Below the pieces are notes generated by a model. That model was not told where the DNA came from, made no database searches, and saw nothing but the letters and a program-made list of their open reading frames with translations. From positions 2,188 through 66,187 of the IMG/VR virus record IMGVR_UViG_3300020049_002269: 64,000 nt of DNA, one strand, 5' to 3'. Position numbers and translations under genes: made by a program. Every line of letters begins with the position of its first letter. The stretch's first letter is position 1. Positions 24,855 to 34,638 of the stretch are shown one piece after another. This DNA is from a virus. Lineage: Duplodnaviria > Caudoviricetes.

Positions 24855-26719
24855 GCCACCCGCACTTGCAGCACCGACCCGTTGCGGTACAGCCCACCGA
24901 TTGGGATCCCGCCAGTAGCTGCCGCCGCATCGCTTGCGTAGGCTGGAACGTCTTGGATCAGCGTAGTTCCTCCGCCGAGCGCAATGTTGTTGAACACGTT
25001 GTTGAATCGCACCAATCGGCTTGTGGTGCCAAATGCGTTCAGTGTTGCGCCATCACGAAACACGTTGTTGTAAATAGTGATGTCCTGAGCATCACCATTT
25101 GTCCCTGCCGTTGCCCCAGGCTGACCGCCTATAGCTACCTCTTTTGAGAAGACGTTACCGTCTACAACCCAGCGATTTGGCGCATTGGTGCCGTTAGTGT
25201 TTGGTCCTGAATAAATATCCGTCGTGCCAGTAGTTCCGCTGAACACGTTATCCGAAATCTTCCAGTCGTTCCCGCCGCTGCTGGACGATGTTTGCGCAAG
25301 CAGCAGTCCGTTCTGGCAGTTCTTGACCCTGTTTCCCGTGAAGGCGACATTGCTTGACGACAGGTGATAGATGACGTGTGTCAGGTTCTCGAACTGATTC
25401 CCTGAAATAATCTTTTCGCCGCCGCTGGCGAACATACAGATAGCGTAGAAATTGCCTGTTGGCGAGACCCCGGCCACACGGTTATTCGTGAACTGAATCG
25501 AATGGCTGTACGCCCCAGAAGACACATCCAACACACACGCGGAAGGAAGCGCGGTGTTAGTGCGCAAAAAGATATTCCCATCAATGACTGTGTTCTCTGC
25601 GCTGTTCAGCAGATAGATGTACCCGCTGTTGCCGCCAGAGCAGACCACGTTGTCAAACACGTTGCTGCTGATGATGGTTTCGCCCAGCGTGTCCTCAAGA
25701 TGGATAGCCGAGTCACCGGCCACGTTCTTGACTGTGTTGCCGCTGATGATGACGCCGCGCACGCTGGTGATGCCCACAAAACGCTTTTCGGTTGCGGCTG
25801 TCGGATACCCGGCGCTGCCAGTGAACACGTTGTTTGTGATCGTCCAGAACTCAGAAGCCCCCGTCGATGTCTGGTTGGCCTCAACGAAGTCGGCCCCCAT
25901 GTTGACTGCTGTGTTGCCGTCAATCAGGACATGGTTGGATGAATAGCCCGCTTGCCCGATGATGCCGTAGCCTGTTGAGTCAAACGTACACCCACTGACG
26001 GTTACGTTATCGCACTCCCAAAGCCAAACCCGCTGATTCCCGCCGTGGAAATACACGTTCAGGAATTTGACGTTCTGCGAGTCACTGATAACCCGGATGC
26101 CCCCGTCAGCGCCCGCCGTGCCGTCCAACGTCAGATCGCGGATGCTCAGATTGTCGAAGCCGTTGGTGTCGATGTAGACGCTACCAGCCGCAGATTTGAG
26201 TACGCTGTCATGCCCCAACCCAAAGATTGACTGACCATCCGCCGTAAACGCAACGCTGGTTTCGTAGAGCGTGATGCCTGGCGGAATAAGAACAGATTTG
26301 CCGGTGTTGAGCGCATCCTGAAGGGAAGAATAGTCATTGACGCTCACAAACTCCCGCAGCTTTGCCTGCACAGTCGTGGCGACTGCGCCAGAGCCAGACC
26401 CGATGAACCCCACCAGCGCAGCGCCGCCAGTTGCGGCCAGGTCTGCGCGAAGAACACTAGCCCCATCAACAGAAACAAACTGCGCACGGATCGTAACTGT
26501 CCGACCATTACCTACGACGGTAATGTCATACAAACCATCAGGCGCATAGAAAGCAACCTTAGCAGAGCTGTCGGCAGTGAATGGGTTTGCCAGAGGGGAA
26601 CCAGATTCGTCCTGCAAACCAGTCGCAAGCGTAGCTGTTCCTGCCTCGTAAACAGTGACGGTAGCACCCGGCATGATATTACCTGATGCATCTTGCGCGA
26701 AGTATGTTTTCAGTTCCAT
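24851..26719 (-). CDS. Tailspike / depolymerase with right-handed beta-helix
   Basis: N-terminal QDASGNIMPGATVTVY..NPFTAD adaptor, many pectate-lyase-like repeats (ISGNTV, FTNNRV), C-terminal GGLYRNGSVLQVR. Confidence 0.8.
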   Translation of the reverse strand: MELKTYFAQDASGNIMPGATVTVYEAGTATLATGLQDESGSPLANPFTADSSAKVAFYAPDGLYDITVVGNGRTVTIRAQFVSVDGASVLRADLAATGGAALVGFIGSGSGAVATTVQAKLREFVSVNDYSSLQDALNTGKSVLIPPGITLYETSVAFTADGQSIFGLGHDSVLKSAAGSVYIDTNGFDNLSIRDLTLDGTAGADGGIRVISDSQNVKFLNVYFHGGNQRVWLWECDNVTVSGCTFDSTGYGIIGQAGYSSNHVLIDGNTAVNMGADFVEANQTSTGASEFWTITNNVFTGSAGYPTAATEKRFVGITSVRGVIISGNTVKNVAGDSAIHLEDTLGETIISSNVFDNVVCSGGNSGYIYLLNSAENTVIDGNIFLRTNTALPSACVLDVSSGAYSHSIQFTNNRVAGVSPTGNFYAICMFASGGEKIISGNQFENLTHVIYHLSSSNVAFTGNRVKNCQNGLLLAQTSSSSGGNDWKISDNVFSGTTGTTDIYSGPNTNGTNAPNRWVVDGNVFSKEVAIGGQPGATAGTNGDAQDITIYNNVFRDGATLNAFGTTSRLVRFNNVFNNIALGGGTTLIQDVPAYASDAAAATGGIPIGGLYRNGSVLQVRVA

Positions 26720-26728
26720 GTCTATGCC

Positions 26729-27703
26729 TTAAAACTTGAGCATTGCCGAGAAGGCGGTATTGCGTGGTCTAGTTTCGTTCCCGCCTGTTGCTTGTGTCTG
26801 ATTTGTTATTGCGAAATTTGGCCCACCAACCGGGATTCCTCCGGTGCCTGTCGTGTTTGAAATAGGAATTGCGTGCGTGTGGCTTTTGATTTCGTCATCC
26901 TGCCAAGACCCCATAGCACGCCCAGCATCAACGCCTCGCCCATCATCCCAGAACCGCTGGAATTCCCCGCGAACGTCGAACGCACGGAACGTCACGCCAT
27001 CAGCGTTATCTGCCATGAGCAGTGTGCCCGCCTGCCAAACACCAACCGCCACGAATCGCCCATTGTGCAGGCCCCACGCACGCAGGGCAGCGTACTGAGA
27101 GCGGCTCAGAGCCAACGTTTCAGAGCCGACCCGACGATAGCCTGTTCGTGCTGTTGGCTGCGTGTCCATCTCAATGCGGCCAACGAATTGCGATGCGTAG
27201 CCAGTGTACGAAGCGCCGTTAGCCGTGAACGACTGCCACGTCATGAGCGAGTTGTAATCGTCATGCCAGATGGGGCCAACGTTTGCTGTTGGCAAAGCCT
27301 CGCCCGATGTGAAAAACCGACGCTGATACGCATCAATCCAGGACGCCCCCACAGCGCCGGGTTCGGTGTTGTTCGTTGCAGCAGTAGAAAGCCATGCACG
27401 CGAGTTGTGGTACACCACCGCATTGATTGGATAAGGCGCACCCAACGACGACCACGATGCCGCGCCCTGCAACTGAATCTCTCCAATGGCCTGGGTCGCC
27501 ATGAACAAAACGCCGTTCATTTCCTCACGGCCAACCGGCTTGTAATCAGGGTCAGGCACACCCGGCGAGATTTCACGCGGGCGCTCATAGTCAAACCCCC
27601 AGCCCTGTGGCAAGCTCACCGAACCGTCAGGCTGAGTAGCAGATGGGATAGTGATTTTGTCGCCAGCGTTTGCAAATGGCGTCTTGAAAATGTGGGCCAT
27701 CAA
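26729..27703 (-). CDS. Tail fiber with collar domain
   Basis: IFKTPFANAGDK...GWGFDYE N-terminus; DVRGEFQRFWDDGRGVD...SWQDDEIKSHTH...ETRPRN C-terminus. Confidence 0.82.
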   Translation of the reverse strand: MMAHIFKTPFANAGDKITIPSATQPDGSVSLPQGWGFDYERPREISPGVPDPDYKPVGREEMNGVLFMATQAIGEIQLQGAASWSSLGAPYPINAVVYHNSRAWLSTAATNNTEPGAVGASWIDAYQRRFFTSGEALPTANVGPIWHDDYNSLMTWQSFTANGASYTGYASQFVGRIEMDTQPTARTGYRRVGSETLALSRSQYAALRAWGLHNGRFVAVGVWQAGTLLMADNADGVTFRAFDVRGEFQRFWDDGRGVDAGRAMGSWQDDEIKSHTHAIPISNTTGTGGIPVGGPNFAITNQTQATGGNETRPRNTAFSAMLKF

Positions 27704-28335
27704 GCCTCCAAAATAAGTGCTGTCTCGTTAAAAACGAGCACGTTTGTTTCGCTGATATTGTATCCAACAGTGGACGGGCGCAGCAGTAAATCGTATTTCT
27801 CAAGCACAAGACGCAACGAACTCGGAATGAGAAAATTGAACTGATAGTCAATCGTCATGTCCTGATTGTCTGTGACGTATGCGTTCCCACCGAAGTCAGT
27901 AAACACCGTTGACAAAATGCGATTGATGTTAGGTAGTGTCGGGCGCGTCGTGAGTTGCGCATAACGCAATCTGATAACCAAACGCTTTTGATCTGTGGTC
28001 AAAGAGATGGTGCCAGAGTTCAGGCGAGAGAAGTTACCGTTCTCAAAGTTCTCGTTGTACTGACCAAAACCGAAAGCAGGCTCAGCAGCAGAGGCGTCAA
28101 CATCTACGCCTAGATCAATATCGAGAATCCGAGACCAGACAGCCAGCCCGAAATCGTTTGCCGTGTTGAAGTCAAACACGTCACGAATCCAAGATTCCCA
28201 GAACTCAACCTGAGCCCCATCAAACCATGCTTGCTCAGCCTCAACAATACGGCGCAGGTTATCCGCCCCTTCGTATTGCCACAGAATGGCCAGAAGCAGG
28301 TTTACGTTAGCGTCGATATGCTGAATCGTGCTCAT
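27700..28335 (-). CDS. Baseplate wedge protein (DUF2612-like)
   Basis: ILWQY..A..L, FNTANDFGLAVWSRIL; position after baseplate J. Confidence 0.7.
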   Translation of the reverse strand: MSTIQHIDANVNLLLAILWQYEGADNLRRIVEAEQAWFDGAQVEFWESWIRDVFDFNTANDFGLAVWSRILDIDLGVDVDASAAEPAFGFGQYNENFENGNFSRLNSGTISLTTDQKRLVIRLRYAQLTTRPTLPNINRILSTVFTDFGGNAYVTDNQDMTIDYQFNFLIPSSLRLVLEKYDLLLRPSTVGYNISETNVLVFNETALILEA

Positions 28336-29522
28336 ACGATGTTGACCGTAATGGCAGAGCGTTGCAGGGTTGCGACTTCATCAAGCGCAACGATCAATGG
28401 TGCTGTTGTCCACGTTGCGCCGTCTGTAGAAATCTCGATGTTTGTCACGATCAGTGGCGGCTGAACTTGATTGATCGCGCCTGAGAACTCAAACGGGTAT
28501 ACGTTATCGCCAACCTTAAGACCCATGCCGCCCTCAAGATCACCATTCACATAATTCATGATGGCATCACGGACAATGGTCTGCGCATCAAGCGGCGTAG
28601 CCTTCACGCTCACACGAACAAGGATTGGGATTTGAGTAGGACGGTCGAACTTTACCGTAGAGTTTTGACCTGAGTATTGGTCAGATACTACGATGGATTG
28701 CGCCCCGTTAAATCCAGCGCCAGCCGTCTTTGTTTCGTACAGCGCGTTAGCCACATCTGCGTCTGACCCGCCTTCTACACAGGCGTAAACAGAGTGAGCA
28801 ATCATGCTAATGCCATCAATGGTCTGCGTGGTTGCCGCCGTGTTTTCCCGGAACGACATGCTCCGCACCTCGGGTATTGACATGATCCGCGAGACGATTG
28901 CCTCCGCGACAGACATGTTTTGCAGGGCCAGAGTGTCACGTCGGCGACGGCGTGCTGCGATGTCAGATTCTTCCAGATCGCCAGGCACCGCCGCGTTTGG
29001 ATTGTCTACAGTTTCCCACCCTAGGACAGCAGAAGCGACGGTATCCAGCCCGTTTGCAGGCACTTCAACAGGCCCGTATTCAATGGCCGTCATGCTCCCC
29101 GTGATCGTTCCGCCAGCGCCGATGATGTACGGATTGTCAGTCGTGAAAATCTGACCAGACCCCGACACGATGGCTTGAGATCCTGCCGGGATGTTAGTGC
29201 CTGGCACGCCAGAGAACACCACGCCTGAGATGGTCGATTGCGTCGCAGAGCGGCGAGCACCACCCGTGAACGACATGAGTGCGTCAAGGAAAACACCACC
29301 AGCAACGTCCGGATTGATCTGGTTAGCCAGCTCTGCATTGTTGCGGGCAACTGCGTCACGCTCTTCGGTTTGCAGGGTGATGATGACGCCTTGAGGCGTC
29401 TCTGGCGTCGTCACAAGATCAGCCCCGAACACGGACTTCCATTCAGCCACCACGTCGGCGCGTGTCGTCGCAGTGTCTGGGACGATAACGCCTAGCGTGT
29501 CGATGTAGTCGTAATCAGCCAT
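28332..29522 (-). CDS. Baseplate J-like protein
   Basis: PETPQGVII, ESDIAARRRR, RENT, AHSVYACVEGG. Confidence 0.85.
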   Translation of the reverse strand: MADYDYIDTLGVIVPDTATTRADVVAEWKSVFGADLVTTPETPQGVIITLQTEERDAVARNNAELANQINPDVAGGVFLDALMSFTGGARRSATQSTISGVVFSGVPGTNIPAGSQAIVSGSGQIFTTDNPYIIGAGGTITGSMTAIEYGPVEVPANGLDTVASAVLGWETVDNPNAAVPGDLEESDIAARRRRRDTLALQNMSVAEAIVSRIMSIPEVRSMSFRENTAATTQTIDGISMIAHSVYACVEGGSDADVANALYETKTAGAGFNGAQSIVVSDQYSGQNSTVKFDRPTQIPILVRVSVKATPLDAQTIVRDAIMNYVNGDLEGGMGLKVGDNVYPFEFSGAINQVQPPLIVTNIEISTDGATWTTAPLIVALDEVATLQRSAITVNIV

Positions 29523-29859
29523 TCACTGTTCCTTGTCCGAATTCTGTTGTGATCGTGGCTGTATAGCCTAGAACATCGCCGACTTGTTGTGCCGTCAACT
29601 CATCAATACGGATGACACCCGGGCATTGCAGCAAGCGGCGACGAAGGCCAGCTTCAAACTGTGCGATGTTGGGAGACGATCCAAAAGCAACACCAAAATA
29701 CGGGATACCCGCGTCAGCCGCGTGAATCATTTCGCCAAGCAGCGTAGATGCATACTGACGGGCAGTGAGCAACACAGCGTCAATGTCTGTCTTGAATGTA
29801 AGGTTACCCAGCTCATTCAAGAGTAGATCGTTGTTTTCATTGACGCGCAAGGTTCTCAC
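29515..29859 (-). CDS. Baseplate wedge / sheath initiator (gp25/W-like)
   Basis: LGEMIH..DAGIPYF..., position before J. Confidence 0.65.
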   Translation of the reverse strand: MRTLRVNENNDLLLNELGNLTFKTDIDAVLLTARQYASTLLGEMIHAADAGIPYFGVAFGSSPNIAQFEAGLRRRLLQCPGVIRIDELTAQQVGDVLGYTATITTEFGQGTVNG

Positions 29860-30491
29860 AAAGGTCCGCCCGTGTTACTTGGTCCCGAATCCACGCCAGA
29901 ATGAACGTGAGTGCTTCCGATGTTGACGCCGTTATTGGTCATGGTGCCTGTGACTGACATATTACCAACCACCTCTATCTCCGCCGCCTCAATCTTGACC
30001 TTGCCAGAGTGGAGCGACACACACACGCTGCCGTCAAGGGATTGGATCACCAATGCGTCAGCGTTTGCGCCATCAATTACCCACGATTTTAGCGTGTCGG
30101 GGAAGAACATACCATCGCTAAACGAGTGCTGGCGCAAAGTATTGGGCCAATCCTCAAGGCCCCCGCGCTGCATGATGAGGCTCATATCCCGGTCGGTGGC
30201 TTTGAGCCATCCGAAGTCACCGGGCTTAACAGGGAATCGAATGAAGAACCCCCCACCACCAAATCGAAACACCGGGATATTTGAAAGCTGAGCACGGCTG
30301 ATCTTCTGGCCGTCCGTGGTGCCAAGCATCACCAGAGGCTTGATGACAGCACGGTTCGTGGCGTCGTCGTAGCTAACCACCTTGGCGGGGATCATGTCGT
30401 CCACGCCGCGTAGGAAGTTCTGCAACACGTCAGTCATGACGCCTGCAAAGTCTCCATCATTTGCTTTGTCTAGGTTGGGTGGTGAACTCAT
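29856..30491 (-). CDS. Baseplate central spike (Gp138/gpV-like)
   Basis: PVFRFGGGGFFIRFPVKPGD, RQHSFSDG, C-terminal HVHSGV. Confidence 0.8.
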   Translation of the reverse strand: MSSPPNLDKANDGDFAGVMTDVLQNFLRGVDDMIPAKVVSYDDATNRAVIKPLVMLGTTDGQKISRAQLSNIPVFRFGGGGFFIRFPVKPGDFGWLKATDRDMSLIMQRGGLEDWPNTLRQHSFSDGMFFPDTLKSWVIDGANADALVIQSLDGSVCVSLHSGKVKIEAAEIEVVGNMSVTGTMTNNGVNIGSTHVHSGVDSGPSNTGGPL

Positions 30492-31303
30492 AAGCGGGTG
30501 CAGGTTGCGACGTAGAAGAATGGGTCATCATGCGATGCAACTTCAAACTTCAACTGGTCGATAGTGTAATCTCCGCTGGCGGCTTTGTTGAACTTTGAAT
30601 CCAAGCGAAGCAATCCGCCTAGCGCAGATTCTCCGTCGATCAAAAAAGTAACGTCCACGCCCTTTTCGGTGATCTTTGGCAATCCAACAAGCCCGCTATT
30701 CATGTTGAGAATACGTGTCTTCCCTGTCAACGCCTTGTCCTGATCCTTTACAACAAGTTCGGCATCATCCACGAATGCACGCACACCGCCAGCCTCTTGG
30801 AGTTTGTTCACGAGGTGCAGGGCTGATCCGGTGAACGCGAAGTTTCCTATGTTCTTATCGGTGGCTTGGAAGTTCAGCGTGAGGCCAAGGCGTGATGCAA
30901 CCTGCTGCGCCAAAGATTGAAGACGCACCAGAGCTTGTCCGTCAATCGCGACGATGTTGCCCTTTTGTGCTGATCCGGTCTTTGCCTTGATGATCACATC
31001 AACGTCAGGCGGTAGGCCTGGCTCTGCACTTTCTATGTCGCCATAGAACAGGCGAAACGTACCCGTACTCACTCGGCCCGCATCCACATACAAGCGCTTT
31101 GGCGACTTGTTGGAATTGAAAGGGCTTGTCTCTGTCAGTATGTAATCACGCACGTCCGTAGACAATCCCGTGATTGTCACGGTGCATTCATTCTGAGTCG
31201 GATTGGCCTTCTTCACCCCTGACGCCTTGACGCGCAGACCTTCGTACCAGCGGATTTGCCCTGATACCTCAATCCCCACACGAATGACACGCAGGTCAAC
31301 CAT
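30488..31303 (-). CDS. Baseplate hub protein
   Basis: 271 aa, LYVDAG..LFYGDI, TGLVGLP-like segment; synteny. Confidence 0.65.
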   Translation of the reverse strand: MVDLRVIRVGIEVSGQIRWYEGLRVKASGVKKANPTQNECTVTITGLSTDVRDYILTETSPFNSNKSPKRLYVDAGRVSTGTFRLFYGDIESAEPGLPPDVDVIIKAKTGSAQKGNIVAIDGQALVRLQSLAQQVASRLGLTLNFQATDKNIGNFAFTGSALHLVNKLQEAGGVRAFVDDAELVVKDQDKALTGKTRILNMNSGLVGLPKITEKGVDVTFLIDGESALGGLLRLDSKFNKAASGDYTIDQLKFEVASHDDPFFYVATCTRL

Positions 31304-31605
31304 TACGCCAAGTCCTCAGCGGTGACGTAGTGCAACGACTGGTCAACGGTGAATCGCTCCCACCACGGATTATCGTCTCGCTCGGTGACGAACATGAAAT
31401 TGCCGTGCCCCGCAGCCAAGCGGCGGTATGGGATCACTGGCATACCAGCAACTGCCCGTTGCCCGCGCAGGATAGGCGTATCGTTCAGATCAACATCGAT
31501 GCACATCGTATCGTTTGCGGTCTTGATCGTGAGCGCCCATCGGTTGCCATCAAGCGTAACCGTGATGGCCTGATTGGGTGACTGCTGAATCGGAATGGTA
31601 CGCAT
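31303..31605 (-). CDS. Baseplate plug-like protein
   Basis: IPIQQSPNQAITVTLDG...GNFMF; synteny. Confidence 0.6.
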   Translation of the reverse strand: MRTIPIQQSPNQAITVTLDGNRWALTIKTANDTMCIDVDLNDTPILRGQRAVAGMPVIPYRRLAAGHGNFMFVTERDDNPWWERFTVDQSLHYVTAEDLA

Positions 31606-32129
31606 CAGAACAACGCCCGGTAAAGGAGTGATTGCTTTTTGACTTTCGCCTGTGTGGGGGCGGGTGTCTCGGTGGTCTGTTGCTGCCCGCGCTTAACAGT
31701 GCTGGCCTGTTTCTTTTGCGTGACTTTCTTTGGCGGCAACTCGCCGTATTCAGGCTGAATCGTGCGCCACTCTTGCAGCACAACAGGCACGGCGATGGTG
31801 CTGCCATTCTCTGGCGTCTCATCGTGCGGGATGGCCGTGATGATCAGCGAGAAATAGACGGCAACCTTGGTCTGAACAGTCAGGATGCGCTTCTCAGAGA
31901 ACGCCGCACGCAGTTCAGAGAAAGCGTTTCGCGTGTCATCCGTCAGCAGGAAATCGACCGTGATTTGAATTGGCTGGCGTACAAAATGGTCTGATCGTGT
32001 GGTACCGTCCTCGACGGGAAACTGCGTCAGTTTGCCATCTTCACGCACGCTCACGCGCATAGGCTGAGAAGCCGTGAACAACTGGTTCAGCGACTCATCC
32101 TCAAGGATGGCGACAAGGGTTGTTTCCAT
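31605..32129 (-). CDS. Dit-like tail tube initiator
   Basis: FPVEDG..RSDH...QPI; directly after the tape measure. Confidence 0.6.
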   Translation of the reverse strand: METTLVAILEDESLNQLFTASQPMRVSVREDGKLTQFPVEDGTTRSDHFVRQPIQITVDFLLTDDTRNAFSELRAAFSEKRILTVQTKVAVYFSLIITAIPHDETPENGSTIAVPVVLQEWRTIQPEYGELPPKKVTQKKQASTVKRGQQQTTETPAPTQAKVKKQSLLYRALF

Positions 32130-33565
32130 TACCGTGCCACCCCTGTTGCTGCCGATGTTTGCAGGCTCTTAAGCTGACCGTTCAGCGAGCCGCCAATGTC
32201 CTTGCTGATGCCTTGTGCATCCGTGGCTTGAGTCTGCACCTTCACCTCACCAATGCTGACGTTTGTCTCTGATTTTCCGCCGACGGTATTGGAGATGGCC
32301 GCGCTAGACATGGCGTTAGTGGGGGCGCCAGCAGCCGCAGATACAGCCTCAGCGCCAGCAGCTACGCCGCCACCATCGTCACCAAATCCAAAGAACCCTG
32401 CAACAGCCTTGCCAGCATTGCGGACCTTGTCCACGCCGCTCATAACCTTGCCAACGAACGCATCCCAAGCCGCCGTAATACCGCTCCAAATGCCCATGAC
32501 GAAATCACCCAGAGCCTTGAATGCTGCGATGGCGGCAGGAATGACACGCCCAATGAGCGAGTCATTGCCCTCGATGAAGTTCATCACGTCATCGTAGGCA
32601 AGCGCGAACAACGCCGCAAGACCTGCGATAGCTGCGCCCATGAGGATCAGAGGCCATGTGGCTGCGATGGTTGCCACCGCTGCGCTAATCATGGCGGGCA
32701 GGTACATCGCAGTGATGATCCCAGCAATCCCGATGAAGAACCCGATAACCACATCCTTATTCTCAGCGGCCCATGATGCAGCCTTGCCAACCCACGTAAC
32801 GAACGCCGTCAGGGCAGGCAGGATCGCTTGATAGAACCCGTCAGCAGCACCAGACACCACCATCTTGGTAGCGTTCATGGCATCTTGAAACTGTTTCGCG
32901 TTTTCGACGGCCTCTTTGGTGACCTTGCTGTTTTCCTGCTGAGTGCGCAGAAGATCCTCTAGAGCGCGTCGCCCCTTCAGGATCATCTCCACGGTGCGGT
33001 TATCTGTGATGCCCAGTTCCTTGATACGGAACACAGCCTCACCGCGTGGCATGCCCTCGACAGCGGAGGCCAGATCAAGCATACCTTGACTTGCGTTTTT
33101 TGCCTGCCCGTTTGCGTCCTTGAGCGAGATGCCTAGAGCGGCAAAGGTCTTGGCCCGGCCAGACTCCACATCGGCCATTGCCTCGCCCATGCTTTCGGCC
33201 ATGTCGGTGAGGCTGTCGCGTGCGCCTTGAGCGTCACCACCCATTGACTCAGCGGCACGCCCGAAGGCGTCTACTTCTTCCGTCGCCAAGCCCAAAGCGT
33301 CAGCCGTGCGACTGATCGCCATGATCTGCTCGGCTCGTCCAATGGCGCCAGTCACGGCTTGCGAAGCGGCCACCGCACCGGCAAACCATCCCACCAGCTT
33401 TCCAGTCAACGAACGGAAAGACTCCGTGCTTTTGCCCGCCTGCTTGTCTGCCTCCTTCATCGACTTGACAAGATCGTCCGTCGATTGCTCGGCCTTGTTC
33501 AGGCCCTGATTCATCTTAGATGTATCGGCCTCGAACAGGATGCGGAAGGTATCAAGCAGCGCCAT
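32129..33565 (-). CDS. Tape measure protein (short)
   Basis: 478 aa, helical Ala-rich with a hydrophobic segment; follows the chaperone genes. Confidence 0.78.
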   Translation of the reverse strand: MALLDTFRILFEADTSKMNQGLNKAEQSTDDLVKSMKEADKQAGKSTESFRSLTGKLVGWFAGAVAASQAVTGAIGRAEQIMAISRTADALGLATEEVDAFGRAAESMGGDAQGARDSLTDMAESMGEAMADVESGRAKTFAALGISLKDANGQAKNASQGMLDLASAVEGMPRGEAVFRIKELGITDNRTVEMILKGRRALEDLLRTQQENSKVTKEAVENAKQFQDAMNATKMVVSGAADGFYQAILPALTAFVTWVGKAASWAAENKDVVIGFFIGIAGIITAMYLPAMISAAVATIAATWPLILMGAAIAGLAALFALAYDDVMNFIEGNDSLIGRVIPAAIAAFKALGDFVMGIWSGITAAWDAFVGKVMSGVDKVRNAGKAVAGFFGFGDDGGGVAAGAEAVSAAAGAPTNAMSSAAISNTVGGKSETNVSIGEVKVQTQATDAQGISKDIGGSLNGQLKSLQTSAATGVAR

Positions 33566-34115
33566 TAGCGTCTCTGGTTAGCGTACTCAGCCGCTAGGGC
33601 TTCGTTGTGTCGGTTGACGGTTGCGATTTCCCATAGGTTCATCGCGTCTTCAATGTCTATGCTTGATTGGAGTTCTGTCCAGCTTGCAAATCCTGCACTA
33701 ACGATGGCGGCAAAGAATCCATCAGCGTTTTGATAACCAATGGCAGGTACTTTTGAAGCAGGGAGCCCACGAAGTCTGAGTTCCCTGCGATCCCGAAAAA
33801 AGAGGTGTTGTACCGCAACATTTCCAGCTCCAAGCGAATCAGCGCTTCGCCGTCTGGAACGTGGTTATCAATCAATGCCTGAGTGGTCAAGCGCAGATGC
33901 GATCCGTCTTCGCGCTCAACTGCGACATAACGGAACATCAGCTGCATGGCCTCGGTGCTGACCCCATAGTCTCCAATCTTGGGGATATTGGAAACAGGGT
34001 ACTTCGCCAGAATTTCACGCCCTACCGTTGCGGGAAGGCGTGAGATTACGAACGAATGTTCGCCACCGTCTACGTCTTTGACGCTAACGGTTTTGGGTTT
34101 GATGAGGTCAGCCAA
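33565..34115 (-). CDS. Tail assembly chaperone G (33657-34115) and G-T -1 frameshift fusion
   Basis: T TTT TTC slippery heptamer at 33801-33795; the -1 frame is open to TAA at 33567-33565 and reads ...IEDAMNLWEIATVNRHNE. Confidence 0.72.
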
Positions 34116-34143
34116 TTCAATCTCCTATCAGATGATGCGGAGA

Positions 34144-34593
34144 TTATGCCCGAGTAATGCTCAAGTCTTGGAAGGCAAACACATAAGCGTTTGACTTGAT
34201 GCGGCCAGAAGAGGCAATCGAGCCGCCAGGATTGCCGGAGGTCATCTTGCCTTCGCTGAAGGTTTTGGTGCTGCCGTCAGGGTAGGAGGCCACCAAAGTG
34301 ATGACATCGCGGGCGTGACGCTTGCCACGGGCTGCGCGGTTGGCATCCCACAGGATCGCCAGGTTCTTGTCCGACTCAGAGCCTGGCACCACATTGATGG
34401 TAGGCGTCATGGGGGCCGGTGCGCTCCATGCGATCAAGTCGCCATTGACGTTCATCGCCGTGCTGGCAATCTCGACGGCGGGGATGTCGAAAGGGTCCGC
34501 ATCATCGGCCACTTCGGTGATGGTGAAGCCAGAGGGGAAGGTCTCCGAAGCGCGGAGAACGAGGGTGAAGCCAATTGCGCTAATGTCTTGCAT
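34144..34593 (-). CDS. Tail tube protein (DUF3277-like)
   Basis: DISAIG...FPSGFTITE.ADDADP; follows the sheath. Confidence 0.75.
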   Translation of the reverse strand: MQDISAIGFTLVLRASETFPSGFTITEVADDADPFDIPAVEIASTAMNVNGDLIAWSAPAPMTPTINVVPGSESDKNLAILWDANRAARGKRHARDVITLVASYPDGSTKTFSEGKMTSGNPGGSIASSGRIKSNAYVFAFQDLSITRA

Positions 34594-34638
34594 GTCTGTT
34601 TCCTTTGTGAATCGCGCCCCGAAGGGCGCTTAGTTCGT

